Position numbers and translations under genes: made by a program | In this document: positions 31,995 through 44,129 of the stretch, piece by piece | How the letters are laid out: each line of letters opens with the position of its first letter | Position numbering within the stretch: position 1 is the first letter of the stretch | Virus record (IMG/VR): IMGVR_UViG_2744054912_000002 | Direction: 5' to 3' (one strand) | Origin: a virus | Lineage: Duplodnaviria; Heunggongvirae; Uroviricota; Caudoviricetes | DNA length: 51,139 bases | Notes under the pieces: generated by a model | The model's input: the letters and a program-made list of their open reading frames with translations, nothing else | The model's database searches: none | Told to the model about the DNA's origin: nothing

Positions 31995-32187
31995 ATCCAA
32001 TCAATCACAGGAGCTGAAGATATGAACACGGCATTCTAAATCATTATGACCGCGATCTATTTCTGGCTGTTCTCTATCACTTTTGGCAGCATTGTCGCGC
32101 ATAGGTAAGGGGAGTATATTAGCCATTTGGAACCCCACGGTCTCTTGCGGGTTTAATTAAGAACCCGCAAGAAAAACACGAATTGGG

Positions 32188-35100
32188 CTATATTTTTCCG
32201 CCTACGCCTTTAAACTTCTCAATAAACGAGACGATTTTCTGGAAAACTGCCTGTTTTTTCGTTTTATATTGCGGATTTAACGGACTAAGTTTTGGTAATG
32301 TTTCGTTTAATTCTGTGCCATTTTCGGTGGCATATTCGCGTTTTAAAGACGTGCGAATATAGCGTTTTGCTGCATCTTCATTGAGATTTTCTTCTTTTAT
32401 CAATGCTTCTGCTTCACGTTGCTGTTCGCGTTGAGCAAACGTAAAGAATGCGTCAATGATGCTGGCTTTGTCCGGTAAATCATCCAGGTTCGTTTGCTGA
32501 ATAAAATCGACCACCAGGCCTTCTTTAGCACGGTTCCCCAGGCTTGAACGAATTAAGCGTTTGACCTCTTCGATCATTTCGCCCTTGCCTTTATTTTGTC
32601 TGTTGTGTTCGAAAATCAGTCCAAGGATATAATCCAGGTTTATTTCCTGAGACTTCAGCAAATCGACCTCAAAAACTACGTCATCCCAGTCAGTGGTTGA
32701 TTTCTCTTTTTTCTCAGCTTCTTTCTCACGGCGCTGCCAGTCGCGAATATCGTTATAGGCAGAACGATAATCCTGAATCTTGCGTTCAGCAGGGAGACGA
32801 ATTGTTTGCAATTCAGCGAACTTTTCATCATCCACATAATGTTCTGCTTTGAATTTTTCTACCGCAACAGGATCGCTAAGATCGATTTGTTGCAGGGCTT
32901 TTAGCGTGGCAAATTCATCATAGTTTTGCAGGATGTTCTCGGCACGCAGGTATTCGCCAAACAGTTTAACGAAGTCTTTCTTCTCTTTTTCACTTTCAAT
33001 ACTGGCAGGGTCAGGGAACCGTTGTTCCAGTTCTGAAACTACTGTCATGAAGCCGCGTTTAGCTTCACCAGTGGTAGCATCAGTAAAGCCTTCCATATAC
33101 TCTGCATAACTCTTTTCTAAAACCACATTTTTGGTATTTTTGTCACCAAACAGCGTTATGGCATCAATAGTTGAGCGTTCCAGATCCCGGAAAGTGACGA
33201 TATTACCGAAGGTTTTAGTTGCATCATAAATACGGTTGGTGCGGGAAAATGCCTGCATCAAGCCGTGAAAACGCAGGTTTTTATCGACGAATAGCGTGTT
33301 CAATGTTGGAGCATCGAAGCCGGTTAAAAACATCCCCACGACAATTAACAGATCGATATCCTGATTTTTAACCCGTTGGGCTAAATCACGATAGTAGTTC
33401 TGAAAACCGTTACTGTCGGTGCTGAAGTTAGTTTTAAAATAGCTGTTATACTCACGAATTGCAGCGTCAAGAAACTCTTTAGCACTGCTGTCCATTGCGC
33501 TGGTATCAAAAGTTTCATCGGAAATTTCACCAATGGCATTTTGTTCTTCATTGGCGGCAAAGGAGAAGATTGTCGCAACACGCAGCGATTTATAGGTGGC
33601 CGATTTATTAGCTGCTTCCTCTTGTAACCGTTTAAACGTCGCGTAATAGGCTTTCGCGGCATCCACGCTACTCACTGCCAGCATGGCATTAAAGCCTTTG
33701 GAACCTGGGAAAGTACGGTGGGTCTTCTGGCGGAAGTTATTCAGAATATATTGCGTAATTTCCTGTATACGCATGGGATGAAGAAACGCCTGCTGATTTT
33801 CAGCCGCACTCAGTTTTTTCTCGTCGGTTTCTGTCTCTAAAGACTTAAACTGTGGCCGCACATCGTTATAGTCCACCTTGAATTTGAGCACTTTTTCATC
33901 ACGAATCGCATCGGTAATAACATATGAATGCAATTCACGACCAAATACGCTGGCGGTCGTTTCTGAGCCTAAAGCGTTTTCCGGGAAAATAGGGGTGCCG
34001 GTAAAACCAAACTGATAATAGCGTTTGAATTTCTTCTTCAGGTTTTTCTGCGCTTCTCCAAACTGGCTGCGGTGGCATTCATCAAATATAAACACCACTT
34101 GCTGATTATATACAGGCAGGTCGCTTTCTGCTTTCATCAGGTTATTGAGTTTCTGAATAGTAGTGACGATAATTTTGTTATCGTCCTTATCCAGATTTCG
34201 TTTAAGGCCTGCGGTATTTTCCGAGCCGTTGACGCTGTCTGGCGAAAAACGCTGATATTCCTTCATGGTCTGGTAATCGAGGTCTTTCCTGTCGACCACA
34301 AAGAAGACTTTATCAATAAAGTCCAGCTCTGTTGCCAGACGCGCGGCTTTAAAGCTGGTGAGGGTTTTACCAGAACCGGTAGTATGCCAGATATACCCAC
34401 CGCTTTCCGGTTTTGACCAGTTCTTCGCTGTAAAGGAACTCTTAATTTTCCACAGAATGCGCTCGGTGGCGGCAATCTGGTACGGTCGCATCACCAGTAG
34501 CGTCTGACTACTGTCAAAAACGCTGTAGTTCACCAGAACATTCAGCAGAGTATGTTTCTGGAAAAAGGTAGCGGTAAAGTCTTTGAGGTCTTTAATCAGC
34601 GTGTTGTCTGATTTCGCCCAATTCATGGTGAAGTCAAAACTGTTTTTATCGCGCTTTGTCGTGTTGGCAAAATAACGGGTATCGGTGCCGTTAGAAATGA
34701 CAAACAGTTGCAGATACTTAAACAGGGAATTTTCGCTGTTAAAACTCTCTTTACTGTAACGATGTATCTGGTTGAAAGCCTCACGAATCGCCACCCCGCG
34801 TTTTTTTAGTTCGATTTGCACCAGCGGTAAACCATTAACCAGGATCGTGACGTCATAACGGTTAGCATGAGAACCCGTCTGTTCAAACTGCTGGATAATC
34901 TGCACCTTATTGCGCATGAGATTCTTTTTATCTATCAAATAGATGTTCTCAAGTCGCCCGTCGTCAAAAATAAAGTCGCAGATATAGTCGATATGGATTT
35001 TACGGGTTTTATCCAGAATACCATCGCTGGGGTTGTCCAGATACTGCTCCGTGAAGCGCCGCCACTCGCTGTCATTAAACATCACACCATTGAGGCTCTG

Positions 35101-35304
35101 AAGCTGTTCCCGAACATTAGACAGCATTGCCGACTGTGATTTTACGGAAATAAATTCATAACCCTGATTCCGCAGGTCCTGAATCAGTTCACGTTCCAGG
35201 TCCGATTCGCTCTGGTAGCTGTCGCTTGTTTGCTCAGCTTTGATGTACTTATCAAGGACGATAAAGTTATTGGATTCAGCAATGGTGTGTGTTTGATGAG
35301 TCAT
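32188..35304 (-). CDS. hsdR: Type I restriction enzyme R subunit HsdR (type IC, EcoR124-family)
   Basis: 1038 aa; SF2 helicase motifs (TGSGKT Walker A, DECH box); length equals EcoR124 HsdR as I recall. Confidence 0.95.
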   Translation of the reverse strand: MTHQTHTIAESNNFIVLDKYIKAEQTSDSYQSESDLERELIQDLRNQGYEFISVKSQSAMLSNVREQLQSLNGVMFNDSEWRRFTEQYLDNPSDGILDKTRKIHIDYICDFIFDDGRLENIYLIDKKNLMRNKVQIIQQFEQTGSHANRYDVTILVNGLPLVQIELKKRGVAIREAFNQIHRYSKESFNSENSLFKYLQLFVISNGTDTRYFANTTKRDKNSFDFTMNWAKSDNTLIKDLKDFTATFFQKHTLLNVLVNYSVFDSSQTLLVMRPYQIAATERILWKIKSSFTAKNWSKPESGGYIWHTTGSGKTLTSFKAARLATELDFIDKVFFVVDRKDLDYQTMKEYQRFSPDSVNGSENTAGLKRNLDKDDNKIIVTTIQKLNNLMKAESDLPVYNQQVVFIFDECHRSQFGEAQKNLKKKFKRYYQFGFTGTPIFPENALGSETTASVFGRELHSYVITDAIRDEKVLKFKVDYNDVRPQFKSLETETDEKKLSAAENQQAFLHPMRIQEITQYILNNFRQKTHRTFPGSKGFNAMLAVSSVDAAKAYYATFKRLQEEAANKSATYKSLRVATIFSFAANEEQNAIGEISDETFDTSAMDSSAKEFLDAAIREYNSYFKTNFSTDSNGFQNYYRDLAQRVKNQDIDLLIVVGMFLTGFDAPTLNTLFVDKNLRFHGLMQAFSRTNRIYDATKTFGNIVTFRDLERSTIDAITLFGDKNTKNVVLEKSYAEYMEGFTDATTGEAKRGFMTVVSELEQRFPDPASIESEKEKKDFVKLFGEYLRAENILQNYDEFATLKALQQIDLSDPVAVEKFKAEHYVDDEKFAELQTIRLPAERKIQDYRSAYNDIRDWQRREKEAEKKEKSTTDWDDVVFEVDLLKSQEINLDYILGLIFEHNRQNKGKGEMIEEVKRLIRSSLGNRAKEGLVVDFIQQTNLDDLPDKASIIDAFFTFAQREQQREAEALIKEENLNEDAAKRYIRTSLKREYATENGTELNETLPKLSPLNPQYKTKKQAVFQKIVSFIEKFKGVGGKI

Positions 35305-35425
35305 AGCGCATCCTTTGTGCCGCCTGGCAAGAGCCGGAAGGGCGTTAAGAGTGACTTCCGGCGCGTAAAAAATAGTCTATATACTGACCGGGTGTTAAGG
35401 TGGCCCGATCGGTAGCAATGGTCAA

Positions 35426-36648
<1,223 letters not shown>

Positions 36649-36652
<4 letters not shown>

Positions 36653-38211
36653 TTTTGCACCTCGCAGCCTTCAATTTCAGCCACAATCGCATCAATATCT
36701 TTACGCAACTGGTCGATTTTGCTAACCGTAGTTTTAAGCTCTGCATTTAGCTCAGCAATATTGATAATTTCGCGGTTATCTTTCGCTTCTACATAGCAGC
36801 TCACCGACAGGTTATAGTCATTAGCGACAACGGTCTCAAACGCGACAGATTTCGCCAGATGAGCAACATCTTCCTTGCTGGCAAATACCTGCATAATCTG
36901 TTCGATATGGGCATCGGTCAGGATATTGTTGTTAGTCTCTTTTTTGAACAGTTCGCTGGCGTCAATAAACTGAACTTTGGTATCCGTTTTATGTTTAGAC
37001 AGCACCAGAATATTTACGGCAATGGTGGTGCCAAAGAACAGGTTCGGTGCCAGTGAAATCACGGTTTCGACATAGTTATTGTCAACCAGATACTGACGGA
37101 TTTTCTGCTCCGCGCCGCCACGGTAAAAAATGCCCGGGAAGCAGACAATCGCAGCACGACCTTTGGCAGAAAGATAGTTCAGCGCATGTAATACAAACGC
37201 AAAGTCAGCTTTGGATTTGGGGGCCAGAACGCCAGCCGGGGCAAAACGTTCATCGTTAATCAGCGTCGGGTCATCGCTGCCAATCCATTTCACCGAATAC
37301 GGCGGGTTAGAAACGATGGCATCAAACGGTTTTTCATCTCTGAAGTGCGGCTCAGTCAGCGTATTGCCCAGCTTGATATCAAACTTGTCGTAGTTGATGT
37401 TGTGCAAAAACATGTTCATACGCGCCAGGTTATAGGTCGTATGGTTGATTTCCTGACCAAAAAAACCTTCTTCGATGATATGGTCATCAAACTGTTTTTT
37501 AGCCTGCAACAACAGCGAACCAGAACCTGCTGCCGGGTCGTAGATTTTGTTAACATGGGTCTGCCCGTGCATAGCCAGTTGTGCAATCAGCTTAGAGACG
37601 TGCTGCGGTGTAAAGAACTCGCCGCCTGACTTACCAGCATTCGCCGCATAGTTAGAAATCAGGAACTCATAGGCATCGCCGAACAGGTCAATCTGATGTT
37701 CGTTAAAGTCGCCAAGCTTTAACCCTTCAACCCCTTTCAGAACCGCAGCCAGGCGGGCATTTTTATCCTTAACGGTGTTACCCAGGCGGTTACTGGTGGT
37801 ATCGAAATCAGCAAACAAACCTTTGATGTCAGCTTCTGAAGGGTAACCGTAAGCAGAACTTTCGATAGCAACGAAGATGCTGTTTAAATCTGCATTTAGT
37901 CTGTCATTGGTATTTGCTTTCGCCGCTACGTTGCAGAAAAGCTGACTGGGGTAGATGAAGTAACCTTTGGTTTTGATGGCATCGTCTTTAATGTCATCAG
38001 TAATTACGCTGTCATCCAGTTTCGCATAACAGATACTGTCATCACCGGCTTCAATATAGCTGGAAAAATTTTCGCTGATAAAACGGTAGAAAAGTGCGCC
38101 CAGAACGTATTGCTTAAAATCCCATCCATCGACCGAACCCCTGACATCGTTAGCAATTTGCCAGATTTGACGATGAAGCTCTGCACGTTGTTGAATACTT
38201 GTCATTTTCAT
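36649..38211 (-). CDS. hsdM: Type I N6-adenine DNA methyltransferase HsdM
   Basis: 520 aa; NPPY motif, AdoMet-binding region; 4-nt overlap with hsdS. Confidence 0.95.
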
Positions 38212-38350
38212 CCACTTATTTCAGGCTTATGTAATTGGATGTGATTCTACAGCAAATTGGATGCTTTAGCAGTTCGGACATTAGGCTACGAATGACCTGC
38301 CTAGAGGTTTGTTAAGCCGCAAAGTGCTGGTGCTTTATGCCTGTGAAGTT

Positions 38351-38379
38351 TATAATTGTGTACACATAACGAGTACACG
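38351..38379 (+). promoter_or_regulatory. phd-doc promoter with palindromic Phd/Doc operator sites
   Basis: TATAAT at 38351-38356 followed by palindromes tgtgtacaca and gagtacac. Confidence 0.65.
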
Positions 38380-38387
38380 AGGTGTTT

Positions 38388-38609
38388 ATGCAATCCATTA
38401 ACTTCCGTACCGCGCGCGGCAACCTTTCTGAAGTGCTCAACAATGTTGAGGCCGGGGAAGAGGTTGAAATCACCCGCAGAGGCCGTGAGCCAGCAGTAAT
38501 TGTCAGCAAGGCTACTTTCGAAGCCTACAAAAAAGCGGCGCTGGATGCTGAATTTGCATCCCTGTTTGACACCCTGGACTCCACCAACAAGGAACTGGTT
38601 AACCGATAA
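38388..38609 (+). CDS. phd: Antitoxin Phd (prevents host death)
   Basis: 73 aa from [39 protein letters not shown], as I recall P1 Phd. Confidence 0.9.
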
Positions 38610-38989
38610 TGAGGCATATATCACCGGAAGAACTTATTGCGCTTCATGATGCGAATATAAGCCGCTACGGCGGCCTGCCGGGAATGTCAGATCCGGGTAG
38701 GGCAGAGGCCATTATCGGGAGAGTTCAGGCCAGAGTTGTCTACGAAGAGATCACCGACCTTTTCGAAGTCTCCGCCACCTACCTGGTGGCTACAGCGAGA
38801 GGGCATATATTCAATGATGCCAATAAGCGTACCGCGCTAAACAGTGCGCTGTTATTTCTACGCCGTAACGGGGTGCAGGTATTTGATTCACCTGAACTGG
38901 CAGACCTTACCGTAGGGGCTGCGACCGGAGAGATATCTGTATCTTCTGTCGCCGACACGTTACGTAGATTGTATGGTTCTGCGGAGTAG
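38609..38989 (+). CDS. doc: Toxin Doc (Fic-fold kinase, death on curing)
   Basis: 126 aa; Fic-like motif [11 protein letters not shown]; start overlaps phd stop. Confidence 0.9.
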
Positions 38990-38993
38990 ATTA

Positions 38994-39173
38994 ATGGCAC
39001 GCAAATACAACAAATTGTCCCGTGAAGCGTTAAAGATGCTTCTTGATGGCGTGAGTCGCCGCAAGGTAAAGCAATACCTGGTTGGTAAGCAAATTGGAGT
39101 CAGGACCGCTATTGCTGTGTTATGCCGTCAGGAAATGGCTGTGCTTAAACAGAGAATGCCGGGCAGCAGATAA
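38994..39173 (+). CDS. Small basic protein downstream of doc (pdcA-like)
   Basis: Start at ATG preceded by GGAG; 59 aa. Confidence 0.45.
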   Translation: MARKYNKLSREALKMLLDGVSRRKVKQYLVGKQIGVRTAIAVLCRQEMAVLKQRMPGSR

Positions 39174-39200
39174 AGCCCAATCAGTGATTAAAGGTGTGAT

Positions 39201-40244
39201 GTGAAAGCCGTAATTACTCCCTTTGTACAGAAAGAGCTTGGCCTCGCCACGTTCAAAGTGGATCAGGAGGTCAGAAAGCTGGTGGAGGCTGGCCGTAAAT
39301 TTATTATGGAGCCGGTGCCGCGTGAGTTAATCGAGCACATGGAAGACGGCCTCGTTGTTACCGAGCAAACCATGGCAACAAATGAGGCGTTGCAGCCGTT
39401 TTTTAACAGCGATGAACTGTTTCGCCGTATTGGTGGAATTGACGCGCTGGTGGCGTGGTTGCGCAGGAAAGAGGGGCAATGCCAGGCCGCAGATCGTAGC
39501 TGGTGTGACAACCATATTGTCCACGCAGAACGAGACAATAGCGCGGTGTTGTTGTGCTGGCATCACGATAACCATTACCGGATGCGTGGTTTTAATGAGC
39601 TGAAAGAAACGCTGCATAATAATCGCGTTAACTGGATACTGGATGTCGCCCGTCAGGAAATGGGGCTTTCAGATGGCCATGATCTAAGTATTCAGGAACT
39701 GTGCTGGTGGGCTTTCATGCGCAACATGATGCACCTGATGCCGGAAGAAGTTTGCCGTATATCAATAAATAAGATGAAAGCCGCAACGCAGGATAGCGGA
39801 CCTCTGAAAGAGGCGGATATTCGCCCGTATGACGATCGCGCTACAGCATATGTTCAGATGATGGAAGAACGCGCCGCGCCGATGCGTGCAAAAGTATGCC
39901 CTGTGGATGTTGACTCCGACCCTGGCATGGCGCATTTCAAAATACCAAAACTGCAATCGCTAAAATTACCTGAGTACATGGACTTTGTTGCTTCCCGTCC
40001 ATGCTGTGGGTGTGGAGCGGCGGGAGCTGGCGCTCACATTACGCCTTATATCGTTCGTCATAGTCGATTATGCGCGCATGACATTTACGCAATTCCTCTG
40101 TGCCAGTCATGCCAGCGTGATATTGAGCGTGACCGCGATAATTGGGAGAAGACGCACGGTAGGCTGGCGATGCATCAACGATTGTTCTTTGATTACGCGC
40201 TTGGAGTCGGCGCTATCACAAGTCACTCGTCGAGCGTTATATAA
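39201..40244 (+). CDS. Cys-rich hypothetical protein (pdcB-like)
   Basis: 347 aa, GTG start; multiple Cys/His clusters. Confidence 0.55.
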   Translation: MKAVITPFVQKELGLATFKVDQEVRKLVEAGRKFIMEPVPRELIEHMEDGLVVTEQTMATNEALQPFFNSDELFRRIGGIDALVAWLRRKEGQCQAADRSWCDNHIVHAERDNSAVLLCWHHDNHYRMRGFNELKETLHNNRVNWILDVARQEMGLSDGHDLSIQELCWWAFMRNMMHLMPEEVCRISINKMKAATQDSGPLKEADIRPYDDRATAYVQMMEERAAPMRAKVCPVDVDSDPGMAHFKIPKLQSLKLPEYMDFVASRPCCGCGAAGAGAHITPYIVRHSRLCAHDIYAIPLCQSCQRDIERDRDNWEKTHGRLAMHQRLFFDYALGVGAITSHSSSVI

Positions 40245-40245
40245 A

Positions 40246-40262
40246 ATTGCTCTAATGTATTG
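40246..40262 (+). promoter_or_regulatory. C1 operator-like site upstream of lpa
   Basis: ATTGCTCTAATGTATTG. Confidence 0.6.
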
Positions 40263-40332
40263 CTATTTCTTTAATCGATGGTATTATATTCCACGTTGAT
40301 TAGTTGACATGGGCTAATCAGTAGGTGACAGG

Positions 40333-40785
40333 ATGTTACTTAACTGGCAGGGACGCCACTTCATGGAAATAAATCACTCACGAATAACATCGTACGAGAT
40401 TGCGGATTACATGATCCGCACTAAATCTCTTCTATCAGCGAAAGAACTCGCAGCAATTCTTGAAAAGGAATACCCGCATCTGGATGTCGATAAGCGCGAT
40501 GTTTATCTGCGCTTAAAGGCTATCGCTGTGTCTAAGTATTCGTCTGTTTTGATTGATGACAGTACACGCCCACGTAGATTTCAGATCCACTCTCTGAATC
40601 CTGAATTCTTTCGCCGTAGCCGCGCTCCGCGCCGGTTTGATGAAAAACTCCAGAACGAACTCTATATGACGCAGGACGAAAAGGAACGCCGGGAGCACCA
40701 GCCTTGGGTAATGGCGCGTCAACTTTTCAATAAGGTGGCCCGTCAGCACCGTCATTACGGTAATGCCACATCCGCACGTATCTGA
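40333..40785 (+). CDS. lpa: Late promoter activator Lpa-like protein
   Basis: 150-aa basic protein directly upstream of pacA with C1 operator in its promoter; AGGTGA RBS. Confidence 0.6.
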   Translation: MLLNWQGRHFMEINHSRITSYEIADYMIRTKSLLSAKELAAILEKEYPHLDVDKRDVYLRLKAIAVSKYSSVLIDDSTRPRRFQIHSLNPEFFRRSRAPRRFDEKLQNELYMTQDEKERREHQPWVMARQLFNKVARQHRHYGNATSARI

Positions 40786-40870
40786 TTGATTGCTTGCCCG
40801 TTCCGGGCCTTTTGACATGTGACTTTCGTTACCCTCGCGTCAAAAAGAGTTTTTACGAAAGGAAGCATAA

Positions 40871-42064
40871 GTGACCTGGGACGATCACAAGAAGAATTTT
40901 GCTCGCCTGGCGCGAGATGGTGGTTACACCATCGCACAGTATGCCGCCGAGTTTAATCTTAACCCTAATACCGCACGTCGTTATCTCCGTGCCTTCAAAG
41001 AAGACACCAGGACTGCGGACAGCCGCAAGCCAAATAAGCCAGTCAGGAAGCCACTAAAAAGCATGATCATTGATCACTCTAATGATCAACATGCAGGTGA
41101 TCATATTGCGGCTGAAATAGCGGAAAAACAGAGAGTTAATGCCGTTGTCAGTGCTGCAGTCGAGAATGCGAAGCGCCAAAATAAGCGCATAAATGATCGT
41201 TCAGATGATCATGACGTGATCACCCGCGCCCACCGGACCTTACGTGATCGCCTGGAACGCGACACCCTGGATGATGATGGTGAACGCTTTGAATTCGAAG
41301 CTGGCGATTACCTGATAGATAACGTTGAAGCGCGGAAGGCCGCGCGCGCTATGTTGCGTCGGTCCGGGGCCGATGTTCTGGAAACCACTCTTCTTGAAAA
41401 GTCTCTTTCTCACCTCCTTATGCTGGAGAACGCCAGGGATACGTGTATTCGCCTGGTGCAGGAAATGCGCGATCAGCAAAAAGGCGATGATGAAGGTACT
41501 CCGCCTGAATACCGTATCGCGAGCATGCTAAACAGCTGTTCCGCGCAGATAAGCAGCCTGATCAACACCATTTACAGCATCCGGAATAACTATCGAAAAG
41601 AAAGCCGGGAGGCGGAAAAGCACGCTTTGTCTATGGGGCAAGCTGGCATTGTTAAGCTGGCATACGAACGAAAGCGTGAAAATAACTGGTCAGTGCTGGA
41701 AGCTGCTGAATTCATCGAGGCGCATGGCGGGAAAGTGCCGCCCCTGATGCTGGAGCAAATCAAAGCCGATCTGCGTGCTCCTAAGACCAATACCGATGAT
41801 GAGGAAAGGCAAACAGCCGTCGGTGGCCCTTCTCTTGAAGATCTGGACAAAGTTGCGCGAGAACGGGCCGCCAACCGCCGCGCCGATGCCGCATTGTGGA
41901 TTGAGCAGCGTAGGGAAGAAATCGCCGATATCGTTGATACAGGCGGTTATGGAGATGTTGATACTGAAGGTGTATCAAACGACCCATGGCTGGAACAAGA
42001 CCTGGACGAAGACGAGGAGGAAGACGAAGAAGTTACCCGCAAGCTATACGGGGATGATGATTAA
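40871..42064 (+). CDS. pacA: Packaging endonuclease small subunit PacA
   Basis: 397 aa; contains the pac hexamer clusters within its 5' coding region. Confidence 0.85.
   Translation: MTWDDHKKNFARLARDGGYTIAQYAAEFNLNPNTARRYLRAFKEDTRTADSRKPNKPVRKPLKSMIIDHSNDQHAGDHIAAEIAEKQRVNAVVSAAVENAKRQNKRINDRSDDHDVITRAHRTLRDRLERDTLDDDGERFEFEAGDYLIDNVEARKAARAMLRRSGADVLETTLLEKSLSHLLMLENARDTCIRLVQEMRDQQKGDDEGTPPEYRIASMLNSCSAQISSLINTIYSIRNNYRKESREAEKHALSMGQAGIVKLAYERKRENNWSVLEAAEFIEAHGGKVPPLMLEQIKADLRAPKTNTDDEERQTAVGGPSLEDLDKVARERAANRRADAALWIEQRREEIADIVDTGGYGDVDTEGVSNDPWLEQDLDEDEEEDEEVTRKLYGDDD
41062..41224. other. pac: pac packaging site: two clusters of TGATCA/GATC hexamers (4 + 3)
   Basis: GATC hexamers at about 41064, 41071, 41083, 41098 and 41193, 41205, 41217. 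Confidence 0.75.
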
Positions 42065-43548
42065 TGGCCAGAAGTTGCGTAACGGATCCACGTTGGCGCG
42101 AGCTGGTGGCGCTATATCGTTATGACTGGATTGCGGCCGCTGATGTTTTGTTCGGCAAAACACCTACCTGGCAGCAGGATCTGATTATTGAGTCTGTGCA
42201 GGAACAGGGTAGCAAGACATCTGTTTCGTCTGGTCACGGTACCGGGAAATCAGACATGACTTCTATCATGATCATGTTGTTCATAATCATGTATCCCGGT
42301 GCCCGCGCCATTATCGTTGCGAACAAAATTCAGCAGGTAATGACCGGTATATTCAAGTACATCAAGATAAACTGGGCTACTGCCACCAGCCGTTTTCCAT
42401 GGCTTGCTGATTATTTTGTTCTGACAGAAACCGCTTTCTATGAGGTTACTGGTAAAGGTGTATGGACTGTAGTACCGAAGGGCTTTCGTCTGGGAAGTGA
42501 AGAAGCTCTCGCCGGTGAACACGCAGACCATCTTCTGTATATTATCGATGAAGCCTCCGGTGTCAGTGATAGAGCTTTCGGTATCATCACCGGTGCTCTT
42601 ACCGGACAGGATAACCGCATCTTATTGCTGTCACAGCCTACACGCCCAAGCGGCTATTTCTACGATACACACCATAAACTGGCCAAGCGTCCTGGTAACC
42701 CAGATGGCGTTTATACGGCGATCACGCTTAACAGTGAGGAATCACCGCTGGTAACGCCAGAATTTATCAAAATGAAGCTGGCGGAGTACGGCGGGCGTGA
42801 TAACCCTATGTACATGATTAAGGTACGCGGCCTATTCCCTAAATCACAGGACGGCTTCCTTCTTGGACGTGATGAGGTTGAACGTGCGACGCGGCGGAAA
42901 GTCAAGATTGCCAAAGGATGGGGCTGGCTTGCATGTGTGGACGTTGCTGGTGGTACAGGACGGGATAAGTCCGTTATCAATATCATGATGGTGTCCGGCC
43001 AGCGAAATAAACGCCGTGTAATCAACTATCGAATGCTGGAATACACAGACGTTACAGAAACGCAGCTTGCCGCCAAAATTTTCGCAGAATGTAATCCTGA
43101 GCGATTCCCAAACATCACCATAGCGATAGACGGCGATGGGCTGGGTAAAGCAACGGCGGATCTGATGTACGAGTATTATGGTATTACCGTACAGCGCATA
43201 CGCTGGGGTAAAAAGATGCATAGCCGTGAAGATAAGAGCCTGTACTTTGATAAACGTGCTTATGCCAACGTTCAAGCCGCAGAGGCCGTAAAATCTGGTC
43301 GTATGAGACTGGATAAGGGTAATGAAACTATTGAGGAAGCGTCGAAAATCCCTGTAGGGATTAACTCCGCGGGTCAATGGAAAGTGATGAGTAAGGAGGA
43401 TATGAAGAAAAAACTCAACCTGCACTCACCAGACCATTGGGATACATATTGTTTCGCTATGCTGGCGGATTATGTTCCCCAGGATGAAGTGCTTAGCGTC
43501 GAAGACGAAGCGCAGGTTGATGAAGCTCTGGCATGGCTTAATGAATGA
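42064..43548 (+). CDS. pacB: Terminase large subunit PacB
   Basis: 494 aa; ATPase/nuclease terminase-like; ATGA overlap with pacA. Confidence 0.85.
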   Translation: MARSCVTDPRWRELVALYRYDWIAAADVLFGKTPTWQQDLIIESVQEQGSKTSVSSGHGTGKSDMTSIMIMLFIIMYPGARAIIVANKIQQVMTGIFKYIKINWATATSRFPWLADYFVLTETAFYEVTGKGVWTVVPKGFRLGSEEALAGEHADHLLYIIDEASGVSDRAFGIITGALTGQDNRILLLSQPTRPSGYFYDTHHKLAKRPGNPDGVYTAITLNSEESPLVTPEFIKMKLAEYGGRDNPMYMIKVRGLFPKSQDGFLLGRDEVERATRRKVKIAKGWGWLACVDVAGGTGRDKSVINIMMVSGQRNKRRVINYRMLEYTDVTETQLAAKIFAECNPERFPNITIAIDGDGLGKATADLMYEYYGITVQRIRWGKKMHSREDKSLYFDKRAYANVQAAEAVKSGRMRLDKGNETIEEASKIPVGINSAGQWKVMSKEDMKKKLNLHSPDHWDTYCFAMLADYVPQDEVLSVEDEAQVDEALAWLNE

Positions 43549-43550
43549 AT

Positions 43551-43567
43551 ACTTGCTCTAATAAATT
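43551..43567 (+). promoter_or_regulatory. C1 operator-like site after pacB
   Basis: ACTTGCTCTAATAAATT (one mismatch to consensus). Confidence 0.55.
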
Positions 43568-43700
43568 GTGTTTTTTAACTGCCGATGTTACATTGAGCCT
43601 GACCTCTTGCGCCTTGAGGCATTTTCGGTTTATGCTTATCAGGCACCTCAGTAAAACGGGTGCCGGGATTGAGACCCCGGATAATGCAAAAGGCGACACA

Positions 43701-43722
43701 GACGCCAAAAGCGTCTTTTTTT
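43701..43722 (+). terminator. Rho-independent terminator
   Basis: gacgc-caaaa-gcgtc followed by T7. Confidence 0.6.
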
Positions 43723-43744
43723 GTGTCATGCCATCGCACAGCCA

Positions 43745-43880
43745 TACGTAGCGTTTAGCTCAGAGATCAATGGTAGTGCTGGCTGGGCTGCCGAAAGGCA
43801 GGCCGGTTCCCTTTTGCGCCGGTAGTCTCAACCCAGTCAGTGCTACCGCCATTGAGATTGAGACCTCACGCGGTAGCTCC
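43745..43880 (+). ncRNA. Structured leader / candidate c4-like antisense regulatory RNA
   Basis: Long imperfect closing stem (43765-43782 with 43823-43844), GAAA-tetraloop hairpin (43788-43801), second hairpin (43803-43822) whose loop is complementary to the downstream RBS. Confidence 0.4.
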
Positions 43881-43907
43881 TTAAATTAGCAAAAGGAGGC
43901 TGCCATT

Positions 43908-44129
43908 GTGGCTACTATCCCTACCCCTGCTCATCCTGAATTTATCTGGCGCTTTTACTCCTGCCAAAAACGTCACTATCACTTCGTTATTGCACCGACA
44001 GAAGATGAGGCACGTTCTCAGCTTCCGGATGCTCCCTGTATTTTCTCTGCCCGCTTTTCTACCGATTCGCGCAATTCTCTCAGTTACTGGTGCCTCCCTG
44101 TTAACGCTTCTGCTCAGGAGGGACTATGA
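43908..44129 (+). CDS. Small protein translationally coupled to the antirepressor (icd-like, 73 aa)
   Basis: AAAGGAGG RBS; stop TGA overlaps the ATG of the next gene (ATGA); my hand count of the start codon was off by 1 nt, so I follow the ORF track. Confidence 0.5.
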   Translation: MATIPTPAHPEFIWRFYSCQKRHYHFVIAPTEDEARSQLPDAPCIFSARFSTDSRNSLSYWCLPVNASAQEGL

